Assembly: GCA_964426655.1 (NCBI GenBank)
Contig: CAYRQT010000004.1
Span: 37,047-101,046, forward strand
Length of the DNA stretch: 64,000 nt
Origin: an uncultured Cuneatibacter sp.
GTDB lineage: Bacteria > Bacillota > Clostridia > Lachnospirales > Lachnospiraceae
Direction of reading: 5' to 3'
Shown: positions 17,727-27,160 of the stretch, piece after piece
Layout of the letters: the number at the start of each line of letters is the position of its first letter
Position numbering within the stretch: position 1 is the first letter of the stretch
The notes under the pieces: generated by a model
The model's database searches: none
Seen by the model: only the letters and a program-made list of their open reading frames with translations
What the model was told of the DNA's origin: nothing
Position numbers and translations under genes: made by a program

Positions 17727-18387
17727 ATTATTTCCAAATGTTGCAGATAAAAGCGACGCCTTTGTAGAGAGTATATGGCAGACACTTGACATGGTGGTTC
17801 GTTCCGGCGTAATTGGTATTCTGCTGGGAGCTGTTTTGGGAATTGTGCTGGTGGTAACCCATCAAGGCGGAATTTTGGAAAACAAGCCAGTGTACCAGAT
17901 TTTTGATAAAGTCATTAACTTATTTCGGTCTATTCCTTTTATTATTCTGCTAACCTTTGTCATGCCCCTGTCCCGCACCATTATGGGAACGGCCATTGGC
18001 ACGGACGGCGCTATAGTGCCCCTGATCTTCGGAATGGTGCCCTTCTTTGCAAGACAGATGGAAAGTGCTCTGGCAGAAGTGCCTTCAGGCCTGATTGAGG
18101 CGGCTGAGGCTATGGGGGACAGTAAATTGGATATCATTGTTCAGGTATATTTAAGAGAAAGCATTCCCCAGATTTCCCGGGCAGTGTCCATTACTTTAAT
18201 CAGTTTAATTGGCCTTACAGCCATGGCGGGCGTGGTAGGGGCCGGCGGCCTGGGAGATTATGCCATCCGTTACGGACATGACAGAAATCAGACAGATGTT
18301 ACCTATGCCACCATCATTGTATTGGTGTTGATGGTGAGCGTAATTCAGATTATCGGCAACTGGGTAGCCAAAAGAAATACCCATTAA
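17707..18387 (+). CDS. metI: Methionine ABC importer permease
   Basis: Overlaps the metN stop by 20 nt. 5 TM segments and an EAA-like loop (GLIEAAEAMGDSKLDII). Confidence 0.88.
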   Translation: MIGWLSKLFPNVADKSDAFVESIWQTLDMVVRSGVIGILLGAVLGIVLVVTHQGGILENKPVYQIFDKVINLFRSIPFIILLTFVMPLSRTIMGTAIGTDGAIVPLIFGMVPFFARQMESALAEVPSGLIEAAEAMGDSKLDIIVQVYLRESIPQISRAVSITLISLIGLTAMAGVVGAGGLGDYAIRYGHDRNQTDVTYATIIVLVLMVSVIQIIGNWVAKRNTH

Positions 18388-18407
18388 AAACAGGAGGAGA
18401 GTATATT

Positions 18408-19268
18408 ATGAAAAGAGGAAAACATTTATTAGCAATAGGATTGTTGGCGGCAGGGGTTGTACTGGCTTTAGGCGCCTGCAAAAAATCTGAAGAGAGCAGC
18501 AGTGATACCACCACAGTGAAGTTGGGAGTCGTGGGCTCTGTATACGAGGAACTTTGGGCTCCGGCCAAGGAACAACTGGCGGAGGAAGGTATAAATCTGG
18601 AAATTGTACAGTTTTCTGATTACACTACACCCAATAATGCTTTGAACAGCGGAGAAATCGATCTGAACGCATTCCAGCATCAGATTTATCTGGACACAGA
18701 GGTGGCAAGTTATGGATATGAAATTGAAACCATCGGCTATACCTTTATTATTCCTTTGAACCTGTATTCCGAAAAGGTCACATCTGTATCAGAAATTCAG
18801 GATGGAGATACCATTGCCATTCCCAATGATGTGACAAATGGTGGAAGAGCCTTGAAGGTTCTGGAGGCAGCAGGCTTGATTACACTGAAAGATGATGCTG
18901 ATTTCAGCCCCACCATTGATGATATCGAGACCTATAATGTACAGATTGAGATAAAAGAGCTGGCCGCTAATACCATTCCGTCCACTCTAAGTGATGTTAC
19001 GGCTGCTATTGTAAACGGGAACTATGCTTTGGACTTTGGATTAAAGACGTCTGACGCTATTTTTGCGGACAGTAGCCTGGATGAAACAAAATATTGGAAT
19101 CTGATTGCAGCAAGATCTGCAGATCTGGAGGATGCAGATAAGGTGGAAGTGTATCGTAAAGTGGTAGAGGCTTTTCAGACAGATGCCACCGAGAAAGTCT
19201 TTAATGATAGCTATGGCGGATATTTTATTAAAGTAGGCTGGGATACAGATTTTTTGGCAGATAAATAA
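18408..19268 (+). CDS. metQ: Methionine-binding lipoprotein (NlpA/MetQ family)
   Basis: Lipobox LGAC. MetQ motifs (FSDYTTPNNALNSGEIDLNAFQH, IAIPNDVTNGGRAL). Confidence 0.88.
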   Translation: MKRGKHLLAIGLLAAGVVLALGACKKSEESSSDTTTVKLGVVGSVYEELWAPAKEQLAEEGINLEIVQFSDYTTPNNALNSGEIDLNAFQHQIYLDTEVASYGYEIETIGYTFIIPLNLYSEKVTSVSEIQDGDTIAIPNDVTNGGRALKVLEAAGLITLKDDADFSPTIDDIETYNVQIEIKELAANTIPSTLSDVTAAIVNGNYALDFGLKTSDAIFADSSLDETKYWNLIAARSADLEDADKVEVYRKVVEAFQTDATEKVFNDSYGGYFIKVGWDTDFLADK

Positions 19269-19281
19269 GGAAGTGATGAGA

Positions 19282-20658
19282 ATGGGCGAAGTCTTGAAAT
19301 TACGGCAGCTGGTGGCCGATGAGACCCGGGTTTGGACAACTGTGCCCCCAGAGTATCAGAGTGATACCCTGGGGAGGCTGCAGGGGGACGCCCGGGCTGT
19401 TCTCTTTCCCATCAGCTCAGAGGAAGTATCAAATATTATGAAATGGGCGTATGCCCATAATGTGCCGGTAACCGCCAGAGGGGCAGGCACCAATCTGGTG
19501 GGTTCCACTGTGCCTGCTAAAGGGGCTTTGGTGCTGGATCTTCATTTGATGAATCAAATTCTGGAACTGGATGAAGAGACCATGACTGCCACAGTCATGG
19601 CCGGAACGGTGCTACAGGACTTTCAGGCATATGTAGAAGCCAGAGGATGGTTCTATCCACCAGATCCGGGAGAAAAGCTGGCCACTTTAGGCGGGAACAT
19701 CAGTACCAATGCAGGTGGTATGCGGGCAGTCAAATATGGCGTGACCAGGGATTATGTGCGGGCTTTGGAGGTGGTGCTTGCAGACGGAACAATTCTTCAG
19801 CTGGGTAGTAAAAACATTAAGGACAGCTCCGGGCTGGCGCTTAAGCAGCTGCTGATTGGGGCTGAAGGGACCCTTGGCATTATTACAAAGGCTACACTGA
19901 AACTGGTGCCCAAACCGGAAACCATGTTTACAGTAGTGGTTCCGTTTGCTTCTCTCTCTGAGGGCATACAATGTGTGCTGAAAGTCCTGAGGGAAAATGC
20001 CCATCCTACAGCAGTAGAGTTCGTGGAACGAAAAGTCATCCGGTTGGGGGAGGATTTTTTGCACCTGCAATTTCCCTACCCGCAGGCAGATGCCTATATC
20101 CTGCTTTCTTTTGATGGCACGGTGGATGAAGTGGAGGAAAACAGTAGGCGATTGGAAAAGGTGGTGCTGCAGAATCGCGCACTGGATTACATACGACTGG
20201 ATAATCCGGAAGAGTTGCAAACCGTCTGGAAGATTCGTGGAGCACTTGTTAAGGCAGTAGAGCATGTTTCGGAGCAGGAACCCATTGACATTGTAGTGCC
20301 CATTAATCAGACGGCCAGATTCATTCAGTTCGTCAATGGCCTGGAAGAGGAAACAGGGGTGCAGATGGTGAGCTTTGGCCATGCAGGAGATGGGAATGTC
20401 CATCTGTGCGTGGTAAGGGGAAAGCGCTCAGACGCAGAATGGGAAGAAGCATTGGATCTGGTAATGCCAAAATTGTATGAAAAAGCCTACGCATTGGGGG
20501 GACTGACCTCTGGGGAGCATGGCATTGGACTGGCTAAAAAGCCTTATTTTCTAACCCATACCCCAAAGGAAAATCTGGCATTGATGCGGCAGATCAAAAA
20601 GGCATGGGATCCAAAAGAAATTCTCAATCCAGGACAATCCTATCTGGCAAAGGAGTAA
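19282..20658 (+). CDS. FAD-linked oxidase of the GlcD / D-2-hydroxyacid dehydrogenase family
   Basis: FAD_binding_4 motifs (VTARGAGTNLVGS, NISTNAGG, GAEGTLGIITKATLKL) and an FAD-oxidase C-terminal domain (SGEHGIG, KKAWDPKEILNPG). Alternative starts GTG 19273 and ATG 19276. Only 4-13 nt after the metQ stop. Confidence 0.85.
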   Translation: MGEVLKLRQLVADETRVWTTVPPEYQSDTLGRLQGDARAVLFPISSEEVSNIMKWAYAHNVPVTARGAGTNLVGSTVPAKGALVLDLHLMNQILELDEETMTATVMAGTVLQDFQAYVEARGWFYPPDPGEKLATLGGNISTNAGGMRAVKYGVTRDYVRALEVVLADGTILQLGSKNIKDSSGLALKQLLIGAEGTLGIITKATLKLVPKPETMFTVVVPFASLSEGIQCVLKVLRENAHPTAVEFVERKVIRLGEDFLHLQFPYPQADAYILLSFDGTVDEVEENSRRLEKVVLQNRALDYIRLDNPEELQTVWKIRGALVKAVEHVSEQEPIDIVVPINQTARFIQFVNGLEEETGVQMVSFGHAGDGNVHLCVVRGKRSDAEWEEALDLVMPKLYEKAYALGGLTSGEHGIGLAKKPYFLTHTPKENLALMRQIKKAWDPKEILNPGQSYLAKE

Positions 20659-20661
20659 GGA

Positions 20662-21822
20662 ATGAAACCGTTAAGTGAACGTACCGCAGATTTTACAGAT
20701 TCTGTTATCCGGAGAATGACCCGGATATCCAATAAATATGGTGCCATTAATCTATCTCAGGGCTTTCCGGATTTTGATCCCCCCAAAGCCCTTACAGATC
20801 GACTGGCAGAAGTGGCAAAGGAGGGCCCCCATCAGTACGCCATCACCTGGGGCGCACAGAATTTCCGAGAGGCTCTTGCCAGGAAGCAGTTCCATTTTTC
20901 AGGGCATTCTGTAAATCCGGATACAGAAATTGTGGTGACCTGCGGCAGTACGGAAGCCATGATGGCGGCCATGATGACAGTGGTTAATCCAGGGGATAAA
21001 GTGGCTATTTTTTCCCCTTTTTATGAAAACTACGGAGCGGACACCATCCTATCCGGTGCCGAACCCCTTTATATACCTTTGGTCCCCCCCACCTTTTCTT
21101 TTGATCCGGAAAAAGTAGAAGATGCCTTTCGCCAGGGTGCCAAGGCCATTGTGATCTGTAACCCTTCTAATCCCTGCGGAAAGGTATTTACCAGGGAAGA
21201 GTTGCAGGTTATTGCAGATTTGGTAATTCGATATGATGCTTATGCCATTACGGATGAAGTGTATGAGCACATCATTTATGCTCCTCACAGACATACCTAT
21301 CTGGCAACATTGCCTGGTATGTGGGAGAGGACCATCACCTGTAATTCCCTTTCTAAAACCTATTCTATTACCGGGTGGCGTCTGGGATATGTCATTGGGC
21401 CAGAGCCAATTATGGAGAGAGTAAAGAAGGTGCATGATTTTCTTACTGTGGGGGCGGCAGCTCCTCTGATGGAAGCGGCGGTGACGGGCCTTCGATTTGA
21501 AGCGTCGTACTATGAGGAACTACAGGCACATTATACCCACATGCGGGATATATTCATTGATGGGTTGAGGGACCTGGGTTTTTCCTTTACAGAGCCGGAA
21601 GGGGCCTATTATGTGCTGGTAGATATTTCCGAATATGGATACAAAAGTGATTTGAAGTTCTGTGAAGATCTGGCTGAAAAAGTAGGAGTGGGAGCTGTTC
21701 CGGGCTCTAGTTTCTTCAAGGAGGAGATCAATCATCTGATTCGATTCCATTTTGCTAAAAAGGATGATACCCTGAGGGGGGCATTGGACCGATTGGCAGA
21801 TATGCATATTCTGAAAAAATAA
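20662..21822 (+). CDS. Class I/II PLP aminotransferase, YbdL / kynurenine-aminotransferase-like (candidate methionine aminotransferase)
   Basis: AINLSQGFPDFDPP, NPSNPCGKVF, TDEVYEHI and SLSKTYSITGWRLGY (PLP lysine) read as collinear with E. coli YbdL from memory. Starts 3 nt after the upstream stop. Confidence 0.85.
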   Translation: MKPLSERTADFTDSVIRRMTRISNKYGAINLSQGFPDFDPPKALTDRLAEVAKEGPHQYAITWGAQNFREALARKQFHFSGHSVNPDTEIVVTCGSTEAMMAAMMTVVNPGDKVAIFSPFYENYGADTILSGAEPLYIPLVPPTFSFDPEKVEDAFRQGAKAIVICNPSNPCGKVFTREELQVIADLVIRYDAYAITDEVYEHIIYAPHRHTYLATLPGMWERTITCNSLSKTYSITGWRLGYVIGPEPIMERVKKVHDFLTVGAAAPLMEAAVTGLRFEASYYEELQAHYTHMRDIFIDGLRDLGFSFTEPEGAYYVLVDISEYGYKSDLKFCEDLAEKVGVGAVPGSSFFKEEINHLIRFHFAKKDDTLRGALDRLADMHILKK

Positions 21823-21840
21823 TACATATTTTCAGAAAAA

Positions 21841-21893
21841 ACCGGCCTTCCAAAGACAGTGTAAACATGTCTTGGGGAGGCCGGTCATATTTT
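21841..21893 (+). terminator. Intrinsic terminator of the metNIQ-oxidase-aminotransferase unit
   Basis: Long hairpin ACCGGCCTTCCAAAGAC ... GTCTTGGGGAGGCCGGT followed by CATATTTT. Confidence 0.7.
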
Positions 21894-21982
21894 AGGAAAA
21901 ATCATTGGAAAATATGCTTTCTGAAGGGGGGGAAGATATCGTATAATGGAGATATAAAGATATAGGGAAAGGAGACTTTCGT

Positions 21983-22249
21983 ATGCTGCGTTGTGAAATA
22001 TGCATTGCATTTTCGGGGGGGCTACATGCAAGACCGGCATCACGCCTGATGGAAATCTGCAGTGCCTATGATGCCAGAATCTGCTTCATCAAAGGGGATT
22101 TGACAGTAAATCCCAAAAGTGTGCTGAATCTGATGGCCATGGAGGCGGGAATGGGCACCAGGCTGATGCTGGAGGTGTCGGGCAAAGAAGAAACTGCAGC
22201 AATGGGGGCGTTACAGGCTTTTTTTTCCGGCGATGGCAGCAGGCGATAA
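21983..22249 (+). CDS. HPr-family phosphocarrier protein
   Basis: 88 aa. His-15 motif GGLHARPAS and the Ser-46 region NPKSVLNLM. RBS AAAGGAG. Confidence 0.8.
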   Translation: MLRCEICIAFSGGLHARPASRLMEICSAYDARICFIKGDLTVNPKSVLNLMAMEAGMGTRLMLEVSGKEETAAMGALQAFFSGDGSRR

Positions 22250-23101
22250 TTGATAAAGCAATCGTTCAAAACAAACGCCTTCGGAAGAAGGAATGTGAGC
22301 AGCAATACTGGCCTGTATACATTGGCTGACAAAATGAGAAGCCTGCCATACCGAGTCGGAAAAAGGAACGTCCCGGAGAGCATTGGCGGCAATGATGGAA
22401 GAAAAGATATCCCCGGTCCCGGGGCGCTCTTTCCCCACCCTGGGCTCACATAGAAGCTGTCCGGGTGAACCGGCTGATGTGACAAAATTGGCCACATAGG
22501 CATCTCCGCTTTCCACATGAGGAATGCCGGTTATGGCCAGAGCGGAATGGGGATTGCCCATTGTTGTCAGCAGAAAGGATGCCATTTCCTCCAGCTTTTC
22601 CAAAGAAGGTGCCTCACCAGAATAAGGCAGTCCTGTGAGAAAACAGGCCTCCGTTAAATTGGGTGTCAGAATATCTGCATGGGAAACCAGACGGGACATC
22701 TGCTTCCTCATTTCTTCCGTATAGGTGCTGTAGAGCCTGCCGTGATCCCCCATGACCGGATCCAAAATTACTTTGGTCTGAGGGCCTTTGAATCGGGAAA
22801 GAAATTGTTCCACTAACTGTATCTGGGCAGAAGAGCCTAAAAAACCAATAAGAATCCCGTCAAACGTCAGATGAAGTTTTTCCCAGATTTCCATATAGGG
22901 AGCCATTCTGTCCGTATAGTCATCAAAAAAATAGTAGGGGAATTCCGTGTGATTGGACAAAATGGCGGTAGGAAGAGGGCAGCCCTGTACTTCCATAATA
23001 GAAACAATGGGCATGGCCACTGTCAGGGAGCATCGACCATAGCCGGAGAGATCATTGATTATAGCCAGACGTTTAGGGGCGGTATGGGGGAAAGCTTTCA
23101 T
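22211..23101 (-). CDS. pdxK: Pyridoxal/pyridoxine/pyridoxamine kinase
   Basis: PfkB/PdxK pattern: LAIINDLSGYGRCSL, LSNHTEF, GFLGS, ILDPVMGD, TPNLTEA, GTGDIFSS. Confidence 0.85.
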   Translation of the reverse strand: MKAFPHTAPKRLAIINDLSGYGRCSLTVAMPIVSIMEVQGCPLPTAILSNHTEFPYYFFDDYTDRMAPYMEIWEKLHLTFDGILIGFLGSSAQIQLVEQFLSRFKGPQTKVILDPVMGDHGRLYSTYTEEMRKQMSRLVSHADILTPNLTEACFLTGLPYSGEAPSLEKLEEMASFLLTTMGNPHSALAITGIPHVESGDAYVANFVTSAGSPGQLLCEPRVGKERPGTGDIFSSIIAANALRDVPFSDSVWQASHFVSQCIQASIAAHIPSSEGVCFERLLYQLSPAAIAGKKSL

Positions 23102-23114
23102 GAGGCACCTCGTA

Positions 23115-23618
23115 TCAGGATAATTTTAATGCAGATTTTATTTTGCCATGCAGGGGATACAAAAGAGCGAACAAGATCCCGTTGGCGGCCATTTCCGCCA
23201 GGAGCCCCGGTACCTGAGCCAGACCGGCGCCAAGGCTTCCATATAAAATGGCTCCAGTAAAGGTGTATCCTACTACTGGTACGAGCAGGGCAATTGCAGC
23301 TGAAGGAATCAGCATCCACAAATTAGCGGTATGAATCAAACGGCGCAGAACCATAAACAGGAGGGGCATGCAGCCCTTGATCAGCAGGGTGGGAATAGCC
23401 CAAATCGGATATCCGGATGCCAGGTCAGCCAGAGCAGAACCAATGCCGCCTGCAAGTGCAGCCTGTGGCATGGAAAGAAACAGGCAGGAGAATAAAATCA
23501 ACCCATTGCCTGGGTTGACATAGCCTAGGGGAATGGGAATCTGAATATATCTGGTGGTCAGAAATATAACAGCTGCAAAAAGAGCCGTACGGGTGAGTTG
23601 CTCGGTGTTGCTTTTCAT
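23115..23618 (-). CDS. ECF-transporter substrate-specific (S) component; vitamin B6-family specificity is suggested only by context
   Basis: ATG 23618 lies 6 nt after AGGAGG. About 6 TM segments with a typical S-component N-terminus (TRTALFAAVIFLTTRYIQIPIP). Sits 13 nt upstream of pdxK on the same strand. Confidence 0.7.
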   Translation of the reverse strand: MKSNTEQLTRTALFAAVIFLTTRYIQIPIPLGYVNPGNGLILFSCLFLSMPQAALAGGIGSALADLASGYPIWAIPTLLIKGCMPLLFMVLRRLIHTANLWMLIPSAAIALLVPVVGYTFTGAILYGSLGAGLAQVPGLLAEMAANGILFALLYPLHGKIKSALKLS

Positions 23619-23776
23619 ACATAACCTCCTTGGAATTTGGTTATACATGTCATATCACGCAAGTGGTATTTATAAAAGTACCAATATAGAATATTATGGG
23701 CATACCAATTAAAAGCGGGTTGCTTTTGGAAATAATGTCCAGTATAATGGGCATAAGATTATTTTGGGAGGTAAAT

Positions 23777-24667
23777 ATGATGGCGGATTATATGATCAGC
23801 TGCTGTTCAACGGTGGATTTAACTGCACAACATCTGGCTGAGCGCCGGATCGCCTGCGTCTTTTTTCACTATCAAATGGATGGGGTGGAATATCTGGATG
23901 ACCTGGGACAGTCCATTTCCTTTCCTGATTTCTATAAAAAAATGGAGCAGGAGGCAATGACAAAAACCTCTCAGGTAAATGCTGAAGAATATGCGGCTCA
24001 CTTTAGAAAATACCTGGAAGCAGGGCAGGATGTGATACATGTGTGTCTTTCGTCCGGCATATCGGGCACCATTAATTCAGCGCTCATTGCCAAGGCACAG
24101 ATGGAAGAGGCTTTTCCGGAGCGCAAAATATATGTGATAGATTCACTGGCTGCATCCAGTGGATATGGCCTCCTGATGAATACTATGGCTGACAGAAGAG
24201 ATGCCGGGATGGATATAGATACTTTGCGAGACTGGGTAGAGCAAAACAAGCTGCATTTGCATCACTGGTTCTTTTCCATGGATCTTACTTTTTATGTGAG
24301 GGGCGGACGGATCACAGCGGCAGCAGGATGGTTCGGCACCATTTTGAATCTTTGTCCGTTGTTAAACGTCAATAATGAGGGGCGCCTGATTCCCCGTTCT
24401 AAACTGAGGGGGAAAAAGCGGGCAATTAAGGCAGCATTTGACCGTATGGTGGAGCATGCAGAGGGGGGGCTTGCCTATGCGGATCAATGCTATATTTCCC
24501 AGTCTGCCTGCTATGAAGATGCCAAAACCCTGGCAGATATGATTGAAGAGGCTTTTCCCAATCTGAAGGAAAAGGTGCTGATCAATTATATCGGTACTAC
24601 CATTGGCAGTCATACGGGTCCCGGGACTGTGGCTCTCTTTTTCTGGGGAGATGAAAGAGGGGAATAA
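23777..24667 (+). CDS. DegV-family fatty-acid-binding protein
   Basis: ATG 23777 follows GGAGG. DegV motifs TSQVN, LSSGISGT, VIDSLAASSGYG, YVRGGRI. Confidence 0.85.
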   Translation: MMADYMISCCSTVDLTAQHLAERRIACVFFHYQMDGVEYLDDLGQSISFPDFYKKMEQEAMTKTSQVNAEEYAAHFRKYLEAGQDVIHVCLSSGISGTINSALIAKAQMEEAFPERKIYVIDSLAASSGYGLLMNTMADRRDAGMDIDTLRDWVEQNKLHLHHWFFSMDLTFYVRGGRITAAAGWFGTILNLCPLLNVNNEGRLIPRSKLRGKKRAIKAAFDRMVEHAEGGLAYADQCYISQSACYEDAKTLADMIEEAFPNLKEKVLINYIGTTIGSHTGPGTVALFFWGDERGE

Positions 24668-24691
24668 GGAAATGGCAGTCAGGAGGATGTA

Positions 24692-25636
24692 ATGACGATT
24701 CAGAATGTGACATTGATAGGGCTGGGCGCAATGGGATCTTTTTTCGCCCCCAGGCTGGATGCTGTATTGGGAAAGGAACATTTTCGGGTCCTGGCAGAAG
24801 GAGAGAGGAAAGAACGTTTGCGGGATAAAGGCATATTCCTGAATGGCAAACAGTATTTTTTCTCTTTGGTAGAACCTTCCATGGAAGGAGAGCCTGTAGA
24901 CTTAATTATTATGGCTGTAAAAGATACGGGGCTTAAACAGGCTATACAGGATATTCGGCATCAGGTCGGTCCACATACCCAGATTTTGTGCGTCATGAAT
25001 GGCGTGGACAGTGAAGAGCAACTGGCAGCCGTATATGGCTGGGAACATGTGCTCTACTCCTACATGCGTGTCTCTATTGTCATGCAGAATGGAGTGGCGG
25101 AGTTTAACCCGGAGGTGGGAAGTGTTCATTTTGGGGAAAGAATAAATGACACTTACAGTGAGCGGGTAGAAGCCATCAGAGAGCTGTTTGATCGTTGCGG
25201 TATTCGCTATCGAATCGATCAGGATATGGTTAAGGGGCTTTGGTTCAAATTCATGTGTAATGTGGGCGAAAATATGACATGTGCACTGTTGGATGTGCCT
25301 TTTGGGGCCTATCATATCAGTGAAGATGCCAACTTTATTCGAAGAGCGGCCATGCAGGAAGTGATTTTGATAGCCAATAAATTGGGGATTCCGCTTTCTC
25401 AGGCGGATATTGCACATCAGGAAACCGTTATTACCAATCTGCCTTTTGCCAACTTGCCTTCTACTCTGCAGGATCTGCGGGCCGGAAGGAAAACAGAAGT
25501 GGAAATGTTTGCAGGAAAAGTGGTTCGGCTAGGCAAACAGCTACAGATTCCTACGCCCTATTGCGAACTTCTTTATCACGGTATTTTGGTAAGAGAAGAA
25601 AAAATAGCAGGTGCGTTTGACAGCAACGGAAAATAA
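24692..25636 (+). CDS. panE: 2-dehydropantoate 2-reductase (ApbA/PanE family)
   Basis: N-terminal Rossmann motif LIGLGAMGSFF, plus the ApbA C-terminal domain (LWFKFMCNVGENMTCAL, STLQDLRAGRKTEVE). Confidence 0.8.
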   Translation: MTIQNVTLIGLGAMGSFFAPRLDAVLGKEHFRVLAEGERKERLRDKGIFLNGKQYFFSLVEPSMEGEPVDLIIMAVKDTGLKQAIQDIRHQVGPHTQILCVMNGVDSEEQLAAVYGWEHVLYSYMRVSIVMQNGVAEFNPEVGSVHFGERINDTYSERVEAIRELFDRCGIRYRIDQDMVKGLWFKFMCNVGENMTCALLDVPFGAYHISEDANFIRRAAMQEVILIANKLGIPLSQADIAHQETVITNLPFANLPSTLQDLRAGRKTEVEMFAGKVVRLGKQLQIPTPYCELLYHGILVREEKIAGAFDSNGK

Positions 25637-25701
25637 TTCAATAATTGACCCGTTTTCCTCTTGACATTTTGAAAGAAAACGGGTACTCTTAACTCATAAA
25701 G

Positions 25702-25718
25702 ATTGCGCGCAATATAAT
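25702..25718. promoter_or_regulatory. Perfect 12-bp palindrome ATTGCGCGCAAT abutting a TATAAT box, candidate MarR/OhrR operator of the gpx operon
   Basis: Palindrome 25702-25713. TATAAT 25713-25718, 62 nt upstream of the gpx ATG. Confidence 0.4.
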
Positions 25719-25779
25719 ATAACACAATAATATGTGGCGATTTACGGCGGCTTAAAAACCGGGGAAGGAAAGGATCGCA

Positions 25780-26253
25780 ATGGGGGTCTATGATTTTACA
25801 GTGCTGAATGATCAGAATGAACTGGTTCCTTTGGAAAAATATGCAGGGCAGGTGCTTTTGATTGTGAACACTGCCACTGGCTGTGGGTTTACTCCACAGT
25901 ATAAAGGCTTGGAGGATCTTTACGAAAAGTATCGGGACAAAGGTTTTGTTGTTTTGGATTTTCCCTGTAATCAGTTTGGAGGGCAGGCACCGGGAAGCAT
26001 AGAGGAGATCAATGCGTTTTGTACTTTGAAATACCAGACCACATTCCCCCGGTTCCAAAAAATTGAAGTGAATGGAGATAAGGAAGCTCCTTTATTCCGG
26101 TACCTGAAGGAGCAGACGGGTGGTGTTTTCGGTAATGCCATCAAGTGGAATTTTACAAAATTTCTAATTGATCGGGATGGAACAGTGTTGGAGCGTTTTG
26201 CGCCCACCACAAAACCGGAGCAGATTGAGAGCAACTTAAAGGCACTGCTATAG
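25780..26253 (+). CDS. Glutathione-peroxidase-family thiol peroxidase (Cys type)
   Basis: NTATGCGFTPQY active-site Cys, DFPCNQFGGQ, KWNFTKFLIDRDG. Confidence 0.9.
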   Translation: MGVYDFTVLNDQNELVPLEKYAGQVLLIVNTATGCGFTPQYKGLEDLYEKYRDKGFVVLDFPCNQFGGQAPGSIEEINAFCTLKYQTTFPRFQKIEVNGDKEAPLFRYLKEQTGGVFGNAIKWNFTKFLIDRDGTVLERFAPTTKPEQIESNLKALL

Positions 26254-26262
26254 GAGGATAAC

Positions 26263-26814
26263 ATGAGTGTTTATGATTTTACAGTGAAGGACAGAAAGGG
26301 AGAGAAGGTTTCCCTTAAGGCGTATGAGGGCAAGGTTTTGCTGATTATCAATTCTGCAACAGAGTGTGGGTTTACCCCTCAGTATGATGAGCTGAGAGAG
26401 ATTCAGAATAAATATGCTGAGAGAGGATTTTCCATACTGGATTTTCCCTGCAATCAGTTCGGGGGACAGGCACCGGGAACAAATGAAGAGATTGCTCAGT
26501 TTTGCACCATGAGGTATGGGGTGACATTCCCCATTTTTGGCAAGTTGGAAGTGAACGGGCCGGGAGAAGATCCGCTCTACACTTATCTGAAGGCTCAAAA
26601 GGGGTTTGCAGGCTTTGATCCGGCACATGAACTGACCCCAATCCTGGAAGATATTTTGGGAAAGGCTGATCCGGACTACGCAAAAAAGACAGATATTAAG
26701 TGGAATTTTACGAAATTCTTAGTGGATAAAAAAGGTGAGGTTTTGGCTCGTTTTGAGCCCACAACCAGTCTTTCAGTAGTAGAAGAGGCAATTGCCAAAG
26801 CATTACAAGCGTAA
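26263..26814 (+). CDS. Glutathione-peroxidase-family thiol peroxidase (Cys type), paralogue with an internal ~25-aa insertion
   Basis: NSATECGFTPQY, DFPCNQFGGQ, KWNFTKFLVDKKG. Extra segment FAGFDPAHELTPILEDILGKADPDYAKKTD relative to the upstream copy. Confidence 0.9.
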   Translation: MSVYDFTVKDRKGEKVSLKAYEGKVLLIINSATECGFTPQYDELREIQNKYAERGFSILDFPCNQFGGQAPGTNEEIAQFCTMRYGVTFPIFGKLEVNGPGEDPLYTYLKAQKGFAGFDPAHELTPILEDILGKADPDYAKKTDIKWNFTKFLVDKKGEVLARFEPTTSLSVVEEAIAKALQA

Positions 26815-26828
26815 TAAAGGAGGACATT

Positions 26829-27137
26829 ATGGCTGCGATTGTTGTAACAGAACAGAGTTTTGAAAAAGAGGTTTTACAGGCAGACAGGCCAGTACTGGTA
26901 GATTTTTGGGCAAGCTGGTGTGGTCCCTGCAAAATGTTGCTTCCGGTGGTGGAGGAGCTGGCGGAGGAACTAAAGGATGCCAAAGTCTGCAAGATCAATG
27001 TGGATGAGGAACCTGCACTGGCTGAGAAATTCAATATTATGACCATCCCAACACTTCTGGTATTTAAGGAAGGAAAACTGATTAGCAGCTCTATTGGCGT
27101 AAAGCCAAAAGCAGAAATAATCAGCATGTTGGCATAA
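26829..27137 (+). CDS. trxA: Thioredoxin
   Basis: 102 aa, WCGPC active site. Confidence 0.92.
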   Translation: MAAIVVTEQSFEKEVLQADRPVLVDFWASWCGPCKMLLPVVEELAEELKDAKVCKINVDEEPALAEKFNIMTIPTLLVFKEGKLISSSIGVKPKAEIISMLA

Positions 27138-27160
27138 TCAGCAGGAAAGGATGGAATTGG

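Noticed and set aside
25780-26814. Possible selenocysteine (TGA) in the two glutathione-peroxidase genes
   Set aside because: Both active sites are encoded by ordinary Cys codons (TGCGFT / ECGFT) and there is no in-frame TGA.
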